Origin: Anaerolineales bacterium
GTDB lineage: Bacteria; Chloroflexota; Anaerolineae; Anaerolineales; JBHHUI01
Direction: 5' to 3'
Assembly: GCA_965248775.1 (NCBI GenBank)
Contig: OZ252150.1
Span: 4,900,027 to 4,964,026 of the forward strand
Length of the DNA: 64,000 bases
This document shows, piece by piece, positions 57,692 to 64,000 of this stretch. The number at the start of each line of letters is the position of its first letter. Position 1 is the first letter of the stretch. Under the pieces are notes generated by a model, which worked only from the letters and a program-made list of their open reading frames with translations, did no database searches and was not told the origin of the DNA. Made by a program: the position numbers and the translations under genes.

Positions 57692-59277
57692 CAGTTTGTC
57701 GGAGAGACAAGTACTTTTACAACATGAATAGCCCTACAGGGCAAAATGAGCAGTTGATTGCGACAAAACAAGCGTAAAACAGTGTGCATTTCATGGAGGG
57801 CAAACCACCTTCTCTCAGCGAGTAGCAGGCGCGCCAAAGCAGCCCCGGCTAAAGCACACCCTTTGCTTGGTAGAGGGTGTGCATGCGTTTGAGGTTGAAC
57901 GCTAGGCAGACCAGACACCATTCCCCGGCTGCTGCCGGCAGGCCGCGCAGAGAAAACTGGCGGAAGCCCAGGACTTCCTTGATGATACCAATGACGGGTT
58001 CCACTGTGCATTTGCGTAAACGGTAGCTGGCTTTGCCGATTTCGGTTTGTAGTTTGTAAGCCATCTTGACTTTCGGACTGGCATCTTCCGGTGGCGGAGC
58101 AGGCATTTGTTCAAAGAAGGTACGCCAGCTTTTGTGGTGAGGTTCGCGACCGGTAGCAATGTAAGGATCAATGCCAAGCTTCTCAAGTGCTGCGATGTTC
58201 GCTTTGCTGAAATATCCATAATCCAAAGCGGCAGCCTTTGGTTTGCCTACTTTTGGAGAGATGGCATCCAGGGTTGGCTCAGCTTCTTTTTTGTCATTCG
58301 GATGGTTCGAAAGTGAAGGCGCCACAATCAAGAGGCTCTCCTGCTCCACAGCAACTTGAACGTTGTAATGCTGGTCGAAGCCATTATTGGTGCTGTTTTT
58401 CATGATGCGAGAGTCCGGATCAGTGAAGTTGTACTGATCTTTGTCCCGTGGTCCCGGCTGCGGTGGTTTCGGTTTGCGACCTCGGGGTTTATGCCCAGTT
58501 TTGCGAGACTTTTCTTCCCGCTCACGCTGTTTGGCTTCGTATTCAGCCCTCTCGGCTGCATATCGTTCCTGCGCACGGGCTTCTAAGACGGCTTTGGCTT
58601 CTGCCAGATTTGCCAAACGTTTCTTGCGAATGGCAATTTCGTCTTCAATGACGAGCCCTTCCGGCAACTGGAGATCACCCTGATCAGCTTGCTCACCGAG
58701 TTCGAAGAGTTTGTTCACTTCCTGGCGCAGTTGGGTCTCTAGTTTTATCAGACGCTTGTAACTGACCGCTTTGCTCTTGGATGCATCAGCATGCACCTTG
58801 CTACCATCCAGACTGATATTACCCAACTTCAGCACCTCAGCAACTTGGGCCAGGAGCAAGATCTGCACAAATAACTCTTGGATCTCAGCCAGAAAGGTTT
58901 TGCGAAAGTTGGCAATTGTGTCGTGGTCAGGATGCAGCCCACTGGCAATATAGCGGAATGGGATACTCTCATAGGTGGCTTTCTCAATCTTACGAGAACT
59001 GAACACCCCGTTGGCATAACCATAGAAGAGCAATCCCAACAGGATCTCTGGCGCAATAGGTTGACCACCCGTCGGTGCATATTGTGCATAGATCATACCC
59101 AAATCCAACTGGGCGATAACATCCACCACAAATCGTGCCAAATGATTGGATGGCAGGGCTTCTTCCAGACTGATTGTCTGTTTGAGCATCACTTCGTAAT
59201 TGGGTTTCTTGAATTTTCTAGCCATGCCCGTAGATTATCACCGATTTCGCTATCTCAGGTTGCTCTCCGACAAACTG
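57692..59277 (-). mobile_element. IS1182-family insertion sequence, copy C (1586 bp, inverted relative to A and B)
   Basis: ctag at 57688-57691 and 59278-59281. Confidence 0.85.
57849..59225 (-). CDS. IS1182-family transposase, copy C
   Basis: Four aa differences from copies A and B (A to E, E to A, L to P, L to V). Confidence 0.8.
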   Translation of the reverse strand: MARKFKKPNYEVMLKQTISLEEALPSNHLARFVVDVIAQLDLGMIYAQYAPTGGQPIAPEILLGLLFYGYANGVFSSRKIEKATYESIPFRYIASGLHPDHDTIANFRKTFLAEIQELFVQILLLAQVAEVLKLGNISLDGSKVHADASKSKAVSYKRLIKLETQLRQEVNKLFELGEQADQGDLQLPEGLVIEDEIAIRKKRLANLAEAKAVLEARAQERYAAERAEYEAKQREREEKSRKTGHKPRGRKPKPPQPGPRDKDQYNFTDPDSRIMKNSTNNGFDQHYNVQVAVEQESLLIVAPSLSNHPNDKKEAEPTLDAISPKVGKPKAAALDYGYFSKANIAALEKLGIDPYIATGREPHHKSWRTFFEQMPAPPPEDASPKVKMAYKLQTEIGKASYRLRKCTVEPVIGIIKEVLGFRQFSLRGLPAAAGEWCLVCLAFNLKRMHTLYQAKGVL

Positions 59278-59901
59278 CTAGGGCTAAATTTCAATATGTC
59301 ACGCAAATTGGGCCAAAACTGGGCCATTAGAATCTCTTCTGCATTTCCACTTCGAGTTCGAGCGGGTCTTGTGTACGCGTTGTGATGCGCAGCACATTGT
59401 TCGCGACAATATTCTTGTAACCGGATGCAACGACGATTGCGCTATATGTTGAGCCGTGTTCAAGTCGTTCCGGTAACTTGAAGAAACCGCGTTTATCGGA
59501 GGTGGCAAAGGTCAATACTTCGTTCCGCGAGAGTTCGTCGTCGGCCGCAGCCTCATCGGCAGAGACACCCGGCTGCATGACATAGAACGTTGCGCCCGCT
59601 ATTGCTTTTCCTGTCCGGCTGTCAGTCACTACGCCACTCACTTGCACGCTGTCAGGGTCGGGTGCGCCTGTGTCGACTGGATTGTCTCCCGTTGTGCAAC
59701 TGAGCAAGCTCACATCATCTAAAAAGAAATTCCTCGGGTTCGTCTTTCCGATGGAGGCAGCATAGATCAACAACACCGAATCGCCGGCAAAATCACTCGC
59801 GTCGAAGGCATCCTGGACCCATTCTTCAGCAGCTTACGAGGCTATGTGCTCTGTGAATTCATGCAGGATGTTGCCATCTTCATCCGCAAATCCAACTGTA
59901 A

Positions 59902-61230
59902 GGAACGAGAATTAAATAATTTGGGCAGTTGGTTCACAACGGATGCAAGCAGTGATATTCTCTTGGCTTCATCAGAACACTAGCCAGGAGGCCATGATGA
60001 AACCCTATGCGCCCGAACATGAAGAAATGATGCGCCGCTTTTACAACAGCTTGAACGAGAAAGATGGGCGTCGCTTTGCTGGTTTCGAAGCCTTGAGATT
60101 TGGACACGGCGGACGGAGTTACATTGCGCGGGTGTTGGGGTGCAGTCGCAACACGGTGAGCAAAGGCGCCCGCGAAGTCAGTGGCTTGCCCAAGGGCGAA
60201 GTGGAGCAGCGCATTCGGAAGCCAGGCGGCGGACGCAAACCGTACTACGTCACATGGGGGGCGCAACTTGCTGAGAAGTTCCTGGCAGTGTTGCGCGAGC
60301 ACACAGCCGGTGACCCGATGGACGAGAGGGTGCGCTGGACGAACTTGACCCCGGGCGAGATTGTTGCGGCGTTGCGGGCCGAGCACGACATCGTGGTCAG
60401 CAAATATGTGGTGCGCAAGTTGCTGCAGAAGCACAACTATCGCCGCCGAAAAGCGCAAAAGAAACTCGGTTTGAAGGCCGAGATTGAAAACCGCAACGAG
60501 CAATTTGAGAACATCACGCGGCTCAAGACCGAATTCGAAGCGGCGGGCAATCCCATTGTCAGCATGGACAGCAAGAAAAAGGAATATCTGGGCAATTTCT
60601 ACCGAGACGGACATTTGTACACCCTGGAAGAACTGCAAACTTATGACCATGATTTCAACAGCTATGCTGCTGGGGTCAGCATTCCTCACAGTCTCTACGA
60701 CTTGCGTCTCAATGTCGGCTACATCCAACTCGGCGGCAGTCATGATACCAGTGAATTCGCTTGCGATAGCTTTCGCCATTGGTGGTACACATACGGCCAC
60801 TACCACTATCCCAACGCCACTTCTATTCTCGTGCTTTGCGATGGCGGCGGGAGTAACAGTTCCCGCTACTACATCTTCAAGCAAGACTTGCAAGCACTGG
60901 CCGATGAAATCGGGGTCGAAATTCGCATTGCTCACTATCCACCCTATTGCTCGAAATACAACCCCAGCGAACACCGTTTCTTCCCGCATGTTACCCGCGC
61001 TTGCCAAGGCGTGATCTTCACCAGCCGCAAACTCGTCAAAGAACTGATGGAAAAAACCAGCACCAAGACCGGACTGAAAGCTTTTGTCCATGTTATTGAC
61101 CAGGTCTACGAAACCGGTCGTAAAGTAGCCACAGATTTCAGGGACAACATGCGCATTATCTTTGATGATTTCTTGCCCCAATGGAATTACCGCGCTCTCC
61201 CATTTGCACAAGTTATTTAATTCTCATTCC
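59902..61230 (+). mobile_element. ISAzo13-family insertion sequence, copy 2 (1329 bp)
   Basis: Same inverted repeats as copy 1. 3-bp target duplication taa at 59899-59901 and 61231-61233. Confidence 0.85.
59943..61220 (+). CDS. ISAzo13-family transposase, copy 2
   Basis: Two aa differences from 24415-25692 (P to Q, L to M). Confidence 0.75.
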   Translation: MQAVIFSWLHQNTSQEAMMKPYAPEHEEMMRRFYNSLNEKDGRRFAGFEALRFGHGGRSYIARVLGCSRNTVSKGAREVSGLPKGEVEQRIRKPGGGRKPYYVTWGAQLAEKFLAVLREHTAGDPMDERVRWTNLTPGEIVAALRAEHDIVVSKYVVRKLLQKHNYRRRKAQKKLGLKAEIENRNEQFENITRLKTEFEAAGNPIVSMDSKKKEYLGNFYRDGHLYTLEELQTYDHDFNSYAAGVSIPHSLYDLRLNVGYIQLGGSHDTSEFACDSFRHWWYTYGHYHYPNATSILVLCDGGGSNSSRYYIFKQDLQALADEIGVEIRIAHYPPYCSKYNPSEHRFFPHVTRACQGVIFTSRKLVKELMEKTSTKTGLKAFVHVIDQVYETGRKVATDFRDNMRIIFDDFLPQWNYRALPFAQVI

Positions 61231-63344
61231 TAAAGGAAGTTTCCGGACTGGAGGACGATTGAGCAGCATCTTCAACCAAATACCAATAACTCAGCGCAAC
61301 CGAGCGTGCATTTGCCGGGATGGTCACTGCTTGCAGAATAAACTGGGCTGATTCTTCATCTGTGCCGCCCAGCCACGCGCTTTTGCTGCCCGTAAATGGG
61401 AAGTCGGAACTCACAATGGGGTAGCCAATATTGGTCACTTCCACCCACGGATCGACATTGCGTCCTTCAAAGCCGCCGTTCCCGATCAACTCCTCACAGC
61501 CGGCGGCTGCGGGTACTTGTGGCGTTGCGACGGGGGTCTGCCGTGGGCTGGTGGTGGGCACCGGCGTTGGCACCTGGGCCGAGCCGGAGGCCATGCCCTG
61601 TTGATCAAGCGCCTGCTCCACGGCACGGAGTTCGGCACCCTCGCCATACAGGTCCTGCGTAGATTGGCTCAGTCCAGCTGCGAAATCCCCAAAATCGGAA
61701 GAGCGTGTACTTGACACGCTCAACACCCGATACCAAATTTGCTCCGTCTGGTTGCGCCCAATCGCCTCCGCAACCAGATACATCAAATGGTTGGGGATAC
61801 CGCTATTGATATGCACGCCGCCCCAATCGCTATCGCGCGTTACTTGCAGGTTGGCGAACTCGTCCATCTCGGTGGGCTGTCCCCAACTTTGAAGCGGATT
61901 CTGCGGATTGTAGTCGCCGCCCAGACTCGGATCGATCATGTCGCGTAGCCAGGGCTTGGGTATGGGTAGTGATAGAGAATTGTCCTCGAAGAGCTGATAA
62001 TCTTCGCGGTCGATCATCACGGCAAAGGCGTCAGAGAAGTGTTCATTGAGTGCTCCTGATTGCCCTTCGTAAATAAGACCGGCGGTGTACTGCGTGACGG
62101 CATGAACAAATTCGTGGGCGGCAATATCGTCAACAAGCGCATCTGATTTGTCCGTCATGAAGTCATCCTGATCGCCGAACACGAGCAATTCCCCGTTCCA
62201 ATAGGAGTTGCCTAGTGTCGCTGAGTGGACGACAGTGACAATTTGAGCACCGCGATTGTCAAATGAGTCGCGGCCATGCACATCCGAGAAGTATTTGTAA
62301 ATTTCCCCCATAAACTGGTACACAGATTGCCCGGCGGCATCGCGGGGCACTTCACCCTCGACGGCGATGAGTCGACCTGGCAGACTCTCTTTCAATTCGG
62401 CATCGTATACAAAGCGCTCAAGTCGATGCGCACTGAGTGGCGTCACATGTGAAACGGTACCCCTTTGGGCATCAATGAAGTAGCCCAAGCGTTCGCCGGT
62501 TACGATTGTAATTGGAATAAACCAGGTCAAGAGCTCCTGGGCATGCTCGCCAATATATATTTTCAATTCTGGAGCGGCATCGAGTCTCGGATTTTCCGTT
62601 GCGAGTTCGTCCAATGCCGTGCCGGTTGCAGTGGAGGCTGCAATCCGAGGAATGGTGGAGATGTCCAGCCCAGGAGCATATTCTCCGGAGAACCCGAGCA
62701 GACCATCTTGGGCATCAAAATGCACAACCATGTCGCGCGCCCAAACAGGAACACCCCGATGGATTTGGTCCAAGCGGACATGTATCTGACCGAGCTTGTC
62801 TTCTTCTACCAATCGGAAGCTGAACTCTCGTTCTGCTGCAACGATCTGGAAGATATCGTCATAAGCGTCGAGAGCCGAAATCGCTGCAACCATTGGATTG
62901 GCGCTCCCAACCGAGGTCTGTTCCGGGAGGGAACCGACCAGGAAATCCGGTACTCCGGAAGTTTCATTCCAGTGCACGCGTAGCTCACCGCCTGTTTCGA
63001 ATTGCCAGTTCCTGCAACATTGTTGTACACGGCCAAGAGTGTCAGACCCGCCAGAAGAATGCCGCCAATGACAAACCAAAATAAGGGTCTTCGGAATTGC
63101 ATGGATAGGTCCTTTTTGCGGTGGAGCATCCGGAGAACAGCCGTTTGGTCGAGTCCCCGAATGTGTAGGAATTATAAGGAGGTAGAGATAGACATGCAAG
63201 CAATTGGAATCGAATGTACGGAAGGGGAGATTTGGAATGCCTGCGTTTGTCCTGGCTTGGTTCTGTAGCTAAAATACGTGCAACTCTATAGAAATGAACT
63301 AATCTTATCGTGAATGAAAACGTCTGATCAGCAAGGAGAAGCAA

Positions 63345-64000
63345 ATGGCATCAATTAAAGGCAAGGTCGTTATTGTCACGGGCGCTTCCTCTGGTATTGG
63401 CGCTGCCACGGCAAGGCACTTTGGTCATGCGGGTGCACGGATTGCCCTGGTCGCGCGGCGCGTGGAAAAACTCGAGGCGCTTGAGAATGAGATCAACGCG
63501 CTCGGTAACGGCGCAGAGGCGGAGTCGATTCCCGCCGACCTAAGTGATCTGGCTGCGATTCAATCGATGGTGGGAAAGACAATCGATCGTTTTGGCCACA
63601 TTGATGTGTTGCTCAATAATGCGGGCTTCGGACGGCTCAAATGGCTCGAAGAGTTCGACCCGGTTAAAGATATTGAGGCCCAGATACGCGTGAATGTGCT
63701 CGGTGTGATCCAGACCACCCGGCAGGTGTTGCCGCATTTCATCGAACAGAAGTCGGGCCACATCATCAATATGTGTTCGATAGCCGGAAAAGTCGCTACG
63801 CCCACCTACACAATCTATGCCGCCTGCAAACATGCAGTGCACGGTTTTACGGAAGCCCTGCGGCGTGAAGTCGGGGTTTGGGGGATCAAAGTAGGCGCAA
63901 TCTATCCCGGCGGCGTTGCAACTGAATTTAGCTCCCATACCTCTGCGCAGCGCAAGACCGGCATCAGCACGCCAAAATGGATGCTGCTCACGGCCGACGA
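63345..64000 (+). CDS. Short-chain dehydrogenase/reductase (SDR), 3' end outside the window
   Basis: AAGGAGA RBS. MASIKGKVVIVTGASSGIGAATA (TGxxxGxG), NNAG, and the catalytic S...YAACK. The frame is open to the window end, which is why it is absent from the ORF track. Confidence 0.9.
   Translation, partial: MASIKGKVVIVTGASSGIGAATARHFGHAGARIALVARRVEKLEALENEINALGNGAEAESIPADLSDLAAIQSMVGKTIDRFGHIDVLLNNAGFGRLKWLEEFDPVKDIEAQIRVNVLGVIQTTRQVLPHFIEQKSGHIINMCSIAGKVATPTYTIYAACKHAVHGFTEALRREVGVWGIKVGAIYPGGVATEFSSHTSAQRKTGISTPKWMLLTAD

Larger units (their letters stand above)
59327..63129 (-). pseudogene. Secreted M4 (thermolysin-like) metalloprotease with C-terminal accessory domains, inactivated by three lesions
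   Basis: HEFVHAVTQ (HExxH) and GALNEHFSDAF (the third zinc ligand, Glu). Propeptide-like N-terminal region. The signal anchor MQFRRPLFWFVIGGILLAGLTLLAV is in a different frame (a shift near 63015-63030). ISAzo13 insertion at 59902-61230. In-frame TAA at 59834-59836. C-terminal CarboxypepD_reg-like segment (VSGVVTDSRTGKAIAGATFYV). Confidence 0.85.

Overview
This is a bacterial chromosomal window with GC in roughly the mid-50s %. Gene content and IS families hint at a Chloroflexota-like organism, but that is a guess.

Zone 1 (1-27.7 kb) is an accessory signalling region.
- It opens with a junction between a serine-recombinase fragment and an IS remnant, followed by a Hanks-type Ser/Thr kinase.
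- Two tandem paralogous cassettes follow, each with a PAS/GAF HisKA_3 histidine kinase, a NarL-type regulator and a CheY-like protein. A third, decayed CheY unit comes after them.
- The zone ends with a CHASE3 MCP plus CheW (no CheA in the window) and an OmpR-type regulator.
- The second kinase is split by an IS1-family and an IS701-family element about 40 bp apart. The OmpR regulator is split by an ISAzo13-family element, and a second IS1 copy sits just upstream of it.

Zone 2 (27.7-50.7 kb) is mostly housekeeping.
- Recognisable genes are maeB, proS, rpsO, pnp, a PiT/DUF47 pair, rpsA, rpsU and infA.
- It also holds a tightly packed MazG-NUDIX-metallophosphoesterase-kinase-LOG operon and a stand-alone tandem AP2-domain protein.

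Zone 3 (50.7-63.2 kb) is heavily invaded by IS elements.
- It has three full IS1182-family copies plus a 210-bp fragment, and a second ISAzo13 copy.
- An M4 metalloprotease gene here carries three independent lesions.

IS-derived DNA totals about 11.8 kb, or 18% of the window.

The observations most worth a second look:
- A roughly 225-nt highly structured, unclassified RNA with its own consensus promoter and intrinsic terminator lies immediately upstream of rpsA.
- An identical 27-29-nt hairpin mini-insertion sits in frame inside two unrelated mobile-element genes.
- The MCP-CheW pair lacks CheA and is embedded among duplicated, domain-shuffled NarL-type kinases and CheY-like proteins.

No CRISPR array, rRNA gene or complete tRNA gene was recognised. 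All family assignments rest on motif recognition by eye, not database searches.
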